A DNA stretch of 61,903 nucleotides from Deltaproteobacteria bacterium (GTDB lineage Bacteria > Desulfobacterota > Deferrimicrobia > Deferrimicrobiales > Deferrimicrobiaceae). Shown here in pieces: positions 28,497 to 38,330 of the stretch. The notes under the pieces are model-generated. The model worked only from the letters and a program-made list of their open reading frames with translations, was not told the DNA's origin and made no database searches. Each line of letters begins with the position of its first letter. Position 1 is the first letter of the stretch. The position numbers and the translations under genes were made by a program. The stretch covers positions 1 through 61,903 of the forward strand of contig JACRIV010000079.1 in NCBI GenBank assembly GCA_016220005.1, read 5' to 3'.

Positions 28497-29471
28497 TCAT
28501 GCCACACCTCCTCCTTGCCCCCACCAGGCGCCGATCAGGAACCTCGCACCGAGGAAAAAGGCCACCGCAAGGCCCGAGACGGCCAGCGCCAGCGCATTCG
28601 CCTGCCTGATGTGATGGGGATCCGGAGGTACGGCGGAATCCCCCAGCAGCGGCTTCATCGAGGGTCGCCCGTCGTAGTAATTCAGGCCGCCCAGCTGCAC
28701 GCCGAGGGCCCCCGCCACGGCCGCCTCCGTATGCCCCGAGTTGGGGCTGGGATGCTTGTGCCGATCGCGAAGGAAGATGCGCAGGGAATCGGAAGCCTTA
28801 AAGCCCAGGAAAAATGCGGCGACGGGCACCAGGAGTCCCGTCACCCTGGCGGGAAGGAAGTTGGCCGCGTCGTCCGCGCGGGCGGAGATCCGGCCAAAGG
28901 CGATATAGCGCTCGTTCCGGTAGCCGAAGAGGGAGTCGAGCGTATTCACCGCGCGGTAGGTCACGGCTCCCAGAGGCCCGAACAGGACGGCGTAAAAGAG
29001 GGGGGCCGTGATCCCGTCGACGATATTCTCCGCCACGCTTTCCACCGCGGCGCGAACGACCCCCGGCTCCTCGAGCCGATCCGTGTCGCGTCCGACGATC
29101 CTGGCCACCTTCTTCCGCGCTTCTGCAAGGTCCCCCTTCTCCAACGCCCGGTACACATGGGCGCCGTGCCCGACCAGGTCTCTCGCAGCGAGGCAGAAAT
29201 AGAGGAGCAGGATGGAGATCCCGTCCGCGGCCGATGGGTTCAGCCAGCGGGTACAACGGATGAGGGCGAAGGCGGCAAGGAACGTCGAAAGCAGCACGGC
29301 GGAGAACACGGCGATCCCCGCCGCCTCGGGATCCTTCAGCGATCGCCGGAAGGGCATTTCCAGGGACGCAGCGAAGCGCCCGATCCCTCGGACAGGGTGT
29401 GGAAGCCACCGGGGGTCCCCCAGCGCCATGTCCAGGGCGATGGCGGAAAGGATCTGATATTCCAGCCTCAC
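28497..29471 (-). CDS. cbiB: Adenosylcobinamide-phosphate synthase
   Basis: [33 protein letters not shown]. Confidence 0.94.
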   Translation of the reverse strand: MRLEYQILSAIALDMALGDPRWLPHPVRGIGRFAASLEMPFRRSLKDPEAAGIAVFSAVLLSTFLAAFALIRCTRWLNPSAADGISILLLYFCLAARDLVGHGAHVYRALEKGDLAEARKKVARIVGRDTDRLEEPGVVRAAVESVAENIVDGITAPLFYAVLFGPLGAVTYRAVNTLDSLFGYRNERYIAFGRISARADDAANFLPARVTGLLVPVAAFFLGFKASDSLRIFLRDRHKHPSPNSGHTEAAVAGALGVQLGGLNYYDGRPSMKPLLGDSAVPPDPHHIRQANALALAVSGLAVAFFLGARFLIGAWWGQGGGVA

Positions 29472-32044
29472 GAAAGCCCCATCGCCCGGTAGATCTCCTT
29501 GATCCGCACGTTTTGCCGGACGGTTGCGGCCAGGCGCTCCAGGGCGGGCTCCAGGTCGTACTTCCCGAGTATTTTTCCAAGGGGGGAAAGGTCGCGCCTT
29601 TGTCTCAGTCGGTCGATGAACCATCGACGGAACGCATCCGCATCGAAGATCCCGTGCATATAGGTGCCCCATATGCGCCCGTCGGATGAGGACGCGCCTT
29701 CGTTCTCTCCGTCCTCCCGGCGCAGGACCGGAGCCATCCCTTCGGACCGGGTCCTGCCGTGGTGGATCTCGTAGCCATGCACGATGACACCCGACGCAAT
29801 GTGCAGCCCCTTCGTGCGGGCGAGGATCTTCCCGCTTTGCATCGCCGTGCACACCGGGAGGAGCGAGAGACCCTTCACGGGCCCGCCCGCGGACTCGACG
29901 CGGTCCGGGTCGGCGATCGTTTCCCCCATCATCTGGAAGCCGCCGCAGATCCCCACCACTTCCGTTCCGCCCCCCGCCGCCAGGGAGGCGATCTTCCGGT
30001 CCAGTCCCTGCCTCCGCAGGTACTCGAGGTCGCCGGACACGTTCCTGCTCCCCGGGAGGATCACGGCATCCGGCCGCCCGAGGTCTTCCGGAGAACGCAC
30101 GATGCGCACGCGGACATCCGGTTCGACACGGAAGGGGTCGACGTCCGTGAAATTCGAAATGTGGGGCAGGTCGACCACGGCGATTTCCACCTCCCCCGCG
30201 GAAAGAGGGAAAACTTCGCTTACGGCAGCCTTGAAGGCCACGGAGTCTTCCTCCGGCAGTCCCAGACCGTGCAGATAGGGGACCACTCCCAGCACGGGAC
30301 GTCCCGTGTAACGCATGAGGTGATCCAGGGCATCCTCCAACAGCCCCGCCTTCCCGCGGAACCGGTTGACGATGTATCCGGCCACCAGGGACCGTTCCCA
30401 TTCGGACAGCGTCTCCATCGTTCCGACGAAGGAGGCGAACACGCCACCCCGGTCGATGTCGCCGACGAGCAGGACTTTTGCCTCCGCATGGCGGGCCATC
30501 TTCATGTTGACGATGTCGTGCCGTTTCAGGTTGATTTCCGCCGGACTCCCCGCCCCCTCCAACACGATGACATCGAACTCGCGCGCAAGAGAGTCGTACG
30601 CCTCCCTTGCCGTCTCGAAGGCCTTAGGCTTGTACCGGGTGTACCCCTCGACGTCCATGTTCCCGACCGGCTTTCCGCCGACGATCACCTGCGCGCCGGT
30701 GTCGCTGTTGGGCTTGAGCAGGACGGGGTTCATGCCCACGTCCGGCTCGATCCGGCACGCCTGCGCCTGGAGAACCTGGGCCCGTCCCATCTCGCCGCCC
30801 TTCGTTGTCACGAATGAATTGAGCGACATGTTCTGCGCCTTGAAAGGCGCCACCCGGTAGCCGTCCTGGAGCAGGATGCGGCACAGCGCGGCGGCGAGGA
30901 CGCTCTTGCCGGCGCCGGAAGAGGTTCCCTGGACCATGACGGCAGGCGTCCGGCGGCGGCGTTGGAGAACTTTTCCGGGCGCGCCGAGGGCGTTCCGGAG
31001 CCTCTCGCACAAGCGGCCGTTTTCCTCTTCCGTGCGTACGGCGACGCGCAAGAAACGGGCATCCAGCCCGGCGAAGTCGTCGCACGTCCGGATGGCGATC
31101 CCGTCCTGCAGCATCCGCCGCGCCAGCGCGGGCGCATCGATGGTCTTTCGGTCGATCCGCGCAAGCAGGAAGTTCGCTTTTCCCGGATAAACGAAAAGCC
31201 CGGGGATCGACCGGAGATCGCCCGCGAGCCGTTCCCGCTGCAGCCCAACGTACTCCCGCGAGCGCGCCACGTATTCCTCGTCCCGCAACGCCGCGACGCC
31301 GACGGCCTGGGCGACCGTGTTGACCGACCAGGGGGGCTGCAACGCCCGGATCCGGGCGATGAGATCGGAGTCGCCGACGGCGCAGCCGAGCCGCAAGCCC
31401 GGGATGGCGAACGTCTTGGTCAACGAGAGCAGGACGACGACGTTGGAGGGGCGATTCTTCGTCAGCCGATCCATCCCTTCGACGAAATCGGCGAACGCCT
31501 CGTCCACGACGAATGTCGTGGACGGATGGGACGCGGCGAGGGAACGGATCGCCTCCGCGTCGCAGAGCAGCCCGGTCGGATTGTTCGGGCAGCCGATGAA
31601 GACCGGCTCTCCCCCTTCGAGCCTTGCGCCGAGCGCCCGGACGTCCAGGGCGAACCCGTCTTCCTCTCTCATCGGAATCGACGCGACGGCAAGCCCCGCC
31701 GAACGCGCGGCGACCGCGTAATCGACATACGCCGGCTCCGGGATGACGGCGCGGGAAGCGCCGCATGCCCGCGCCAGGAGAAACAGGATCTCGGACGTTC
31801 CGTTTCCGGCGACAACCTCGTCCTTCGATGCGCCGTAGCGGGATGCCGCCGCCTCGACAAGGGCCGAACAGTCCGGGTCCGGGTAATGGGCGACGGACCC
31901 GATGGTCGCGCTTACCAGCGGGCGCAGCCATTCCGGAGGCCCCAGCGGGTTGATGTTTGCGGAGAAATCCAGTATCTCCCCCGGCGGCCGTCCGGTCACG
32001 GCCGCCAGCCTCCGAAGATTTCCCCCGTGTCCGTCTTTCCTCAC
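29468..32044 (-). CDS. cbiP: Fusion of L-threonine-O-3-phosphate decarboxylase (CobD) and cobyric acid synthase (CbiP/CobQ)
   Basis: N-terminal [32 protein letters not shown]; C-terminal [38 protein letters not shown]. Confidence 0.93.
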   Translation of the reverse strand: MRKDGHGGNLRRLAAVTGRPPGEILDFSANINPLGPPEWLRPLVSATIGSVAHYPDPDCSALVEAAASRYGASKDEVVAGNGTSEILFLLARACGASRAVIPEPAYVDYAVAARSAGLAVASIPMREEDGFALDVRALGARLEGGEPVFIGCPNNPTGLLCDAEAIRSLAASHPSTTFVVDEAFADFVEGMDRLTKNRPSNVVVLLSLTKTFAIPGLRLGCAVGDSDLIARIRALQPPWSVNTVAQAVGVAALRDEEYVARSREYVGLQRERLAGDLRSIPGLFVYPGKANFLLARIDRKTIDAPALARRMLQDGIAIRTCDDFAGLDARFLRVAVRTEEENGRLCERLRNALGAPGKVLQRRRRTPAVMVQGTSSGAGKSVLAAALCRILLQDGYRVAPFKAQNMSLNSFVTTKGGEMGRAQVLQAQACRIEPDVGMNPVLLKPNSDTGAQVIVGGKPVGNMDVEGYTRYKPKAFETAREAYDSLAREFDVIVLEGAGSPAEINLKRHDIVNMKMARHAEAKVLLVGDIDRGGVFASFVGTMETLSEWERSLVAGYIVNRFRGKAGLLEDALDHLMRYTGRPVLGVVPYLHGLGLPEEDSVAFKAAVSEVFPLSAGEVEIAVVDLPHISNFTDVDPFRVEPDVRVRIVRSPEDLGRPDAVILPGSRNVSGDLEYLRRQGLDRKIASLAAGGGTEVVGICGGFQMMGETIADPDRVESAGGPVKGLSLLPVCTAMQSGKILARTKGLHIASGVIVHGYEIHHGRTRSEGMAPVLRREDGENEGASSSDGRIWGTYMHGIFDADAFRRWFIDRLRQRRDLSPLGKILGKYDLEPALERLAATVRQNVRIKEIYRAMGLS

Positions 32045-32054
32045 GGCATCGGCC

Positions 32055-32795
32055 TCATGCCGAACGCACCGCGGCAGCCAGCGCCGGAATCATCTCGACG
32101 AGCTCGCAGGCGGCTCCCAACGTGTCCCCCGTAAAACCGCCGATTCTTCTGTAGCTGTACCCCGCGAAAAGGAGGGCCGAGATGACCGAGGTCCCGGCGA
32201 TTACCAGCCCCATCCATCCCAACGCCCACCAGGCCGCGAAGGCAAAGACCGCGAAGGCCCATGCCGCCTGCCGGGCCGGCCGACCCTTAAGGAACCAATG
32301 GCACAGTCCCCCGTTGGTACGGGCATAGGGAAGAAGCGCCATCGTGACCGCGAGGGCGCAACGCCCGGCCACGGGCATCAGCAGCACGGTCCCCCACCGC
32401 AGGGGACGGGGGACGGAGGCCAGAACGGCGATCTTCAACGCGATGACGCACGCCACCGCGGCGGCTCCCATGGGCCCTGTCCTGCTGTCCCTCATGATTT
32501 CGAGGATTCGGTCCCGCGTGCGGAAGCTGAAAAAACCGTCCGCCGTATCCGCCAGACCGTCTATATGCAGTCCCCCCGAAGCCGCCAGCAGGACGATCAC
32601 GACGAGAACCGCTGCCGGAAAGGGGGGCAGGATTCGGCGGAGCAGATAATCCGAAACCGCCGCGAGCCCCCCGATGCACAATCCCACCGCCGTGAAGAAA
32701 GGGATGCTGCGGCCGAGCTCATCCTCCCCTCCGCACCATCGCGCGGGTATGGGCAGGATGGTCAAAAACCGGAGCGCCGCAAAGAAGGGGATCAC
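32055..32795 (-). CDS. cobS: Adenosylcobinamide-GDP ribazoletransferase
   Basis: [36 protein letters not shown]. Confidence 0.93.
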   Translation of the reverse strand: MIPFFAALRFLTILPIPARWCGGEDELGRSIPFFTAVGLCIGGLAAVSDYLLRRILPPFPAAVLVVIVLLAASGGLHIDGLADTADGFFSFRTRDRILEIMRDSRTGPMGAAAVACVIALKIAVLASVPRPLRWGTVLLMPVAGRCALAVTMALLPYARTNGGLCHWFLKGRPARQAAWAFAVFAFAAWWALGWMGLVIAGTSVISALLFAGYSYRRIGGFTGDTLGAACELVEMIPALAAAVRSA

Positions 32796-33856
32796 TTGTC
32801 CGCCCCGGAGACCGCCGCTTCCTCGAATGTCGCCACTTCCGACAATACCCGCACGGCGCCCTCCACGATGGGCATGGCCAGCGCCGCGCCGGTCCCTTCC
32901 CCAAGCCTCAAGTCCAGGTCGAGGAGCGGCTTCTTCCCCAGGCGCCGGAGGGCGATCCGGTGGCCCATTTCCACGCTCAGGTGCGCCGCGATCATGTAGT
33001 CGGTTGCGCGCGGGGCGAGATGGCAGGCGATCAGCGCGCCCGCCGTCGAAATGAAACCGTCCACAAGGACCGGCTTCCGCAGGGAGGCGGCCCCGAGAAT
33101 CAATCCGGCGATCCCGCCGATCTCGAAACCGCCCACCTTCGCCAGGACGTCGAGAGGATCCTTCGGATCGGGCCGGTTGACCTCCAGGACTTTCTCGACC
33201 ACGGCGATCTTCCCCCGCAGGCATTCGTCGTCGATCCCCGTTCCGCGGCCGGTGACTTCGGCTGCGGGGGCCCCTGTCAGGGCGGCCACGATGGCGCTGC
33301 TCGGAGTCGTATTGGCGATCCCCATGTCTCCCGTGGCGAAGACGTCGATCTCCGGGGCCAGCTCCAACGCCGCTTCGATCCCCGCCTCCACGCAGCGGAC
33401 CGCGTCCTCGCGGCGCATGGCCGGGCCCAGCGCGATATTCCTTGTGCCGGGTCCGATTCGCCGGGACAGGATCTTTCCCTCGGCGGCCAAGCCTTCAAGG
33501 CCGCCCGCCACCCCCATGTCTATCACGATCACGCGAGCGCCGGCCAGGCGGGCCAAGGCGTTGATGCCGGCCCCCCCGTTGACGAAGTTGCAGACCATCT
33601 GCCGCGTCACTTCCTGGGGGTATCTGCTCACGCCCTCCGAAGCCACGCCGTGATCGCCGGCCATGACAACGACGGCCTTTCGCTCCACGGGAGGACGGAG
33701 AGACCGTGTCATTCCCGCGAGGTCCTCCGCCAGGTCCATCAGGCGCCCCAGGGCCCAATGCGGCATCGTCAGCCGGTCCAGACGCGACTTCGCCGCCGCC
33801 CGCGAAGCGGGATCCTGGGCGACAATCCTTCCGACCGTTTCGTCTAGAAGACGCAT
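32792..33856 (-). CDS. cobT: Nicotinate-nucleotide--dimethylbenzimidazole phosphoribosyltransferase
   Basis: AGDHGV, GDMGIANTT, GGFEIG, LRLGEGTGA. Confidence 0.95.
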   Translation of the reverse strand: MRLLDETVGRIVAQDPASRAAAKSRLDRLTMPHWALGRLMDLAEDLAGMTRSLRPPVERKAVVVMAGDHGVASEGVSRYPQEVTRQMVCNFVNGGAGINALARLAGARVIVIDMGVAGGLEGLAAEGKILSRRIGPGTRNIALGPAMRREDAVRCVEAGIEAALELAPEIDVFATGDMGIANTTPSSAIVAALTGAPAAEVTGRGTGIDDECLRGKIAVVEKVLEVNRPDPKDPLDVLAKVGGFEIGGIAGLILGAASLRKPVLVDGFISTAGALIACHLAPRATDYMIAAHLSVEMGHRIALRRLGKKPLLDLDLRLGEGTGAALAMPIVEGAVRVLSEVATFEEAAVSGADK

Positions 33857-34404
33857 TCAGCACCTTTTCCTTTCAAGGATAGTGGAAGGCCGCAGACCAG
33901 AAGGGTCACTTCATCCGCGCCTTCCGCCATGATCTGGCCGCATCTGCCCAGGAGGTCGCGGAAGTTCCGGGACACGGGATTCTCCGGGACGATTCCCATC
34001 CCCACCTCGCCGGTCACGAAGACGACCGTGCCCGAAAGTCCCCGGCAAACGGCAAGGAGCTCCCGGCAACGGCGGACGATCTCCTCCTCCCCTGCCTCCC
34101 TGCCCGCGACCTGCGCCCCGTAGACAAGGTTGTTGATCCACATCGTCAGGCAGTCCACCAGGAGGACGTTGCAGCCCTGAGCATCCTGCAAGGCTCCCGC
34201 CAGGTCCACGGGCTCCTCGATCGTCTCCCATCCCGCGTTCCGGCGTTCCGCCCGGTGTTTCCGTATCCGTTCCCGCGTCTCCTCATCGAAAGGCGTACCG
34301 GTGGCAATGAAAGCCCGAGGGGAAGGGATCCCCTCTGCGAGCCGGCGCGCGTACCCGCTCTTTCCGCTGCGGGCGCCTCCCGTTACCAGAACCACCCTGC
34401 CCAC
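33844..34404 (-). CDS. cobU: Adenosylcobinamide kinase/guanylyltransferase
   Basis: GGARSGKS, RIRKH, LVDCLT, EVGMGIVP. Confidence 0.94.
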   Translation of the reverse strand: MGRVVLVTGGARSGKSGYARRLAEGIPSPRAFIATGTPFDEETRERIRKHRAERRNAGWETIEEPVDLAGALQDAQGCNVLLVDCLTMWINNLVYGAQVAGREAGEEEIVRRCRELLAVCRGLSGTVVFVTGEVGMGIVPENPVSRNFRDLLGRCGQIMAEGADEVTLLVCGLPLSLKGKGAECVF

Positions 34405-34405
34405 G

Positions 34406-35053
34406 TCACTCTCCTCCCGCGATGCAAGGATAGGAAAGGCCCGTCAGGACGCCCTTGCCGTCATGGATCTCGAGCCTCGTCAGTGAGGCGGGCTTCACAT
34501 CGAACAACACGTAATTGCGAGGGGGCAATCCCAGGAAGTGGCAAATCGTGGCCCGAATCACACCACCGTGAGTGACGGCGAGAACGGCGGCAGCGCCGCA
34601 TCCGGCCATCCGTTCCGCGGCCCGCCGGACGCGGGCGAGAAAGTCCCCGATCGACTCGCCGCCCGGAAAGGTGAAGCCGGGCTCGAACCGCGCCCATCGA
34701 TCCACGGCCTCGGGGTCCGATTCACGTACGGAATCGAAGGTCATCCCCTCCCATCGTCCGAAGTCGATCTCGCGCAGCTCCGGGTCGATTTCCGGGGTCA
34801 TCCCCAGCGCCTCCCCTAAGGCTTCCGCGGTTTCCCGCGCGCGCCTCAAGGGGCTGCAGTACAGGCGGGCCGGCCTTTCCCCCGCGATCCGCGGGGCAAG
34901 GAGGGACGCCTTCCGGCGCCCTTCGGGGGCGAGAGGCAGGTCGGCGCTCCCGATGAGGCAACCGGCGTGCTGCGCCGCGGTCTCCGCGTGTCGAAGCAGC
35001 TTGATCGTCCGCGGCCGGACGAGTCCCGCAATCCGGCGGTCGCGCTCCGTCAA
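34406..35053 (-). CDS. cobC: Histidine phosphatase (alpha-ribazole phosphatase-like)
   Basis: LLRHAET, SPLRRA, EIDFGRWEG, THGGVI; position in the cob operon; TTG start after GGAGG. Confidence 0.8.
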   Translation of the reverse strand: MTERDRRIAGLVRPRTIKLLRHAETAAQHAGCLIGSADLPLAPEGRRKASLLAPRIAGERPARLYCSPLRRARETAEALGEALGMTPEIDPELREIDFGRWEGMTFDSVRESDPEAVDRWARFEPGFTFPGGESIGDFLARVRRAAERMAGCGAAAVLAVTHGGVIRATICHFLGLPPRNYVLFDVKPASLTRLEIHDGKGVLTGLSYPCIAGGE

Positions 35054-36507
35054 GGCTCCTCCTCCGCCGGTCGGAACCAGTCCATCTCGGGGATCGCCCG
35101 GACGACGTCGCCCACCACGATCAACCCCGGCGCTGACGTCTCGGGAAGCTCTTTCCCGGAGAGGAACGATTCCAGCGTCCCCACGACACGCCGCTGCCCC
35201 GGCGTGGTTCCCCCGCTGATGAGGGCGATGGGCGTCTCCGGAGACCGGCCGAACGCCAGCAGCTTCTCGACCACGGTCCTGCAGCGGGTCACCCCCATAA
35301 GGAAAACCAGGGTCCCGGAGTCGCCGGCGATCCGCTCCCACTCTTTGTCGGAAAAGCCGAGGCCGCCCCGTTTGTGCGCGCTGTACACCGCGAAGGAGGA
35401 GGCATGCTCCCGGTCCGTGAGAGGGATCCCCGCATACGCAGGAACGGCGGACACGCAGGAGACGCCGGGCACCACCTCAAAGGGAATCCCCGCCCGGAAA
35501 AGGGCGCGCGCTTCCTCCCCGCCCCGGCCGAAAATCATCGGGTCCCCTCCTTTGAGGCGGACGACCGTTTTCCCTTCGAGCGCCTTCCCGACGAGAAGGT
35601 CGTTGATCTCTTCCTGCGTCTTCGCGCAATTTCCCTTTCGTTTGCCCGCATGGATCCTCTCCGCGTGGGGACAATACATCTCGAGAAGCGCCGGGTTAGC
35701 GATCCCGTCGGAAAGGACGGTATCCGCGGCCAGGAGGCATTCCATCCCCCGGATCGTGAGCAGTCCCGGGTCGCCCGGTCCCGCTCCGACGAGATACACC
35801 TTCCCGGGGACGGTCTTCCTCGACCCGCCGGAGGTCTTCGACAAAGCGGGCCCGTCGGCATCCGTGGGCGCTTCAGGCCGGTGAACACGCGTCAGGAATT
35901 CCCGGCGCGCCTGATCCGCTTCTCCCCGGGACAACGCTTCGAGAACGTCCCGGTCCAGCAGCTCCATCGAAAGCCGGCGGCGCCGCTCGCGCGGAATCTC
36001 CTTCCAGGCCCCCTTCTCCTTGAGGGAACCGATGAGGCGCAGGAACTCGCCGTACGCCGCTCCGTAGCGGCCGGCCGCCTCCGCCCGAAGGTGCGCGGAG
36101 AGCGCCGGGGAAATACCGTCGGTGGCGAAGGAAACCGTGAAGTTCCCTCTCCGCAGCGTGGCCGGAAAGGAGAAATCGCCTTCCCCGGGGTCATCGGTCC
36201 GCTGGGCCAGGATCCCCATTTCGGCGGCATCCGCGAGCACCCGCCGGTTCACCCCGGGATCGTCCGTGGCGGCGATCGCCAGAAAGGCCCCCCCCAGCAA
36301 ATCCTTGCCGTACGGGCACTCCCGCCGGTCGATGTCCGTGAACGTCCACGCGCCATCCCCCCCGTGAAAATCCGGCGAAACGACCCGCACGCGGGCGCCG
36401 TGCTCCAGTAGTTTCCGGCATTTCCGGTTCGCCACGGGGCCACCGCCGACGATCACGCACAGCCGGCCCTTTACGCTCAGATTTACGGGAAGGAGCAAGT
36501 CCTGCAT
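35050..36507 (-). CDS. cysG: CysG-type fusion of precorrin-2 dehydrogenase and uroporphyrinogen-III C-methyltransferase
   Basis: IVGGGPVA, AATDD, TDGISP; then GKVYLVGAGPGDPGLLT, RLKGGDPMIFGRGGEE. Confidence 0.85.
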   Translation of the reverse strand: MQDLLLPVNLSVKGRLCVIVGGGPVANRKCRKLLEHGARVRVVSPDFHGGDGAWTFTDIDRRECPYGKDLLGGAFLAIAATDDPGVNRRVLADAAEMGILAQRTDDPGEGDFSFPATLRRGNFTVSFATDGISPALSAHLRAEAAGRYGAAYGEFLRLIGSLKEKGAWKEIPRERRRRLSMELLDRDVLEALSRGEADQARREFLTRVHRPEAPTDADGPALSKTSGGSRKTVPGKVYLVGAGPGDPGLLTIRGMECLLAADTVLSDGIANPALLEMYCPHAERIHAGKRKGNCAKTQEEINDLLVGKALEGKTVVRLKGGDPMIFGRGGEEARALFRAGIPFEVVPGVSCVSAVPAYAGIPLTDREHASSFAVYSAHKRGGLGFSDKEWERIAGDSGTLVFLMGVTRCRTVVEKLLAFGRSPETPIALISGGTTPGQRRVVGTLESFLSGKELPETSAPGLIVVGDVVRAIPEMDWFRPAEEEP

Positions 36508-36518
36508 TTTTCGCCCCG

Positions 36519-36558
36519 AAAATGAAAATCCCCGGACCTGACGACCAGGCCCGGGGAT
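36519..36558 (-). terminator. Riboswitch expression-platform terminator
   Basis: Minus strand ATCCCCGGGCCTG-GTCGT-CAGGTCCGGGGAT followed by TTTCATTTT, just before the cysG ATG. Confidence 0.65.
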
Positions 36559-36632
36559 GCCGTTTTCCATCCGCGGTTCGTGGAACCCTACTCTCCGCCC
36601 CCATCCCCGAGGGCGACAAAGCTCCACGTTGG

Positions 36633-36795
36633 CGTGAGCAGGTCTTCTGGCTTCCGGATCAGCCTACTCGCCGCGCCTTCCCGTCCTTGCGGACAGTGAC
36701 ACGTTTGCGGCTTTGGTCCCCGGTTACAGCGGCGGGCCCGCGACGGATTCTCACCGTCTTCCCTTGATGCCCTTTCGGGCTACCCACGCAGGCCG
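36633..36795 (-). ncRNA. Cobalamin riboswitch
   Basis: AAGGGAAGACGGTGAGAATCCGTCGCGGGCCCGCCGCTGTAA...CACTG...GGGAAGG...AAGCCAGAAGACCTGC (B12 box) upstream of the cob operon; ends approximate. Confidence 0.95.
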
Positions 36796-36874
36796 ACGTT
36801 ACAACAATTCCAGACAGGATGTAAAGAAAATTATTCTTCGAGCTTCCGGTTGGATCGAAGCGGAACAGGACGCG

Positions 36875-37765
36875 CTATCCCCGGGGGTGGTGCTTCCGGT
36901 GGATCTCCCGGAGCCGCTCCGGGGTGACGTGGGTGTAGATCTGCGTCGTGGAGATGTCCGCGTGCCCCAGCATCGCCTGCACGGCCCGCAGGTCCGCCCC
37001 GCCCGCCAGCAGGTGCGAGGCGAAGGAATGGCGCAAGGTGTGGGGGGAGATCTTCGTCCGGATCCCGGCCTCCCGCGCCCACCGGCCGATCCGGTTCCAC
37101 AGCGTCTGCCTCGTGACCGGCCGTCCGCGGCGGGAAAGGAACAGGGCGTTGGTCGCCCGGCCCCGGAGGAACCGGGGGCGCCATTCCTTGAGGTACTCCC
37201 GCAGCGTGTCGAGGGCCGCCTCGGCCACGGGGACCACCCGCTCCTTCCCTCCCTTGCCGAGCACCCGGACGAAGCCGGCGTAGGCCTCCACGTTCTCCAG
37301 CCGGAGGGTCACGACCTCGGAGGCCCGCAGCCCCGCCGCGTACATGAGGGCGAGCATCGCCCGGTCGCGCATCCCCTCGGGGGTCCCGCGGTCGGGGGCG
37401 TCGAGGAGCTTCTCGACCTCGGTCACCGTCAGGTACTTCGGAAGAGGCCGGCCCAGGCGCGGCCCCCTGGCCTCGGAGATCGGGCTCATCGGGAGGATCC
37501 CTTCCCGCACCAGGAACCGGAAGAAAGACCGTAGCGAGGAGACGTGGCGGGCAATGCTGCGGGCCGACAGCCCCTCCTCCCGCAGCGCCCCGAGAAACTT
37601 CAGGTAGTGGACCCGGGAGAACTCCCGCAAGGGAACCTGTTGCCCTTCGAGGAAGGCGGCGAACCCGCGCAGGTCGGACCCGTACGCCTCCTGGGTGTTC
37701 AACGAGAGGCGCCGCCCGGTCCGCAGCTCGAAGAGGAAGGCGTCCACGAGCGCGTCAACGTCCAT
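36875..37765 (-). CDS. xerD: Site-specific tyrosine recombinase XerD
   Basis: LPKYLT, RDRAML, GLRASE, GKGGKERVVP, SPHTLRHSFASHLL, LGHADISTTQIY, HPR. Confidence 0.92.
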   Translation of the reverse strand: MDVDALVDAFLFELRTGRRLSLNTQEAYGSDLRGFAAFLEGQQVPLREFSRVHYLKFLGALREEGLSARSIARHVSSLRSFFRFLVREGILPMSPISEARGPRLGRPLPKYLTVTEVEKLLDAPDRGTPEGMRDRAMLALMYAAGLRASEVVTLRLENVEAYAGFVRVLGKGGKERVVPVAEAALDTLREYLKEWRPRFLRGRATNALFLSRRGRPVTRQTLWNRIGRWAREAGIRTKISPHTLRHSFASHLLAGGADLRAVQAMLGHADISTTQIYTHVTPERLREIHRKHHPRG

Positions 37766-37783
37766 GCGCCACCCGTTCGCCCG

Positions 37784-38320
37784 CTACCTTCGGCCGGCGA
37801 TGTCGGAAGAGACGCTCGCCCTGCCGCCCTCGCCAAGGGGGATGTCCAGGATGCGGGCCGTAATCGTCGGAAGGTCGACCAAGGCGCACGTGGGCCGGCC
37901 GCTCATGAAGCCGCAGGCCTCTCCGGGGTTGATGACAACCGCCCGGCCCACCCGCATCGTCAGGGGGCGGTGCGTGTGCCCGAAGAGGATGAGGTCGAAC
38001 TTCCCCCCCTCGCCGATCTCCCGCTGCAGCTCGTCGAAGATGTGGGCCATGAGGATCTTCCGCCCGTCCAGGGTAAGGATGTGCGGCCCCGGATGGAAGC
38101 CGTTCATCGAGACCTGCTGCAGCCCCTGGCGGTTGCCGTCGTTGTTCCCGAAGACCCCGATCAGGGGGATCCCGGCGAAGCGGAACGGTTCGAGAACGAG
38201 GGGCTGGCAGACGTCGCCCAAGTGGAGGATCGTCTGAACATTTTCGCTGATGAAGAGGGCGAGGGCGTCCGCCGCGGTCTCGCGGTTGTCGTGCGAGTCG
38301 GAGAGGATCCCGATCTTCAC
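37784..38320 (-). CDS. Metallophosphoesterase (YfcE-like)
   Basis: SDSH, HLGD, GNND, GHTH, NPGE. Confidence 0.9.
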   Translation of the reverse strand: MKIGILSDSHDNRETAADALALFISENVQTILHLGDVCQPLVLEPFRFAGIPLIGVFGNNDGNRQGLQQVSMNGFHPGPHILTLDGRKILMAHIFDELQREIGEGGKFDLILFGHTHRPLTMRVGRAVVINPGEACGFMSGRPTCALVDLPTITARILDIPLGEGGRASVSSDIAGRR

Positions 38321-38330
38321 CGCGGCTCCC

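Noticed and set aside
36796-36825. Possible promoter of the cob operon (TTTACA-18 bp-TAACGT, minus strand)
   Set aside because: Well placed but too weak a consensus match to call without transcript data
36875-37765. Integrase mobilising the cobalamin cluster
   Set aside because: Size, motifs and position at the end of a core gene run match housekeeping XerD; no att repeats seen
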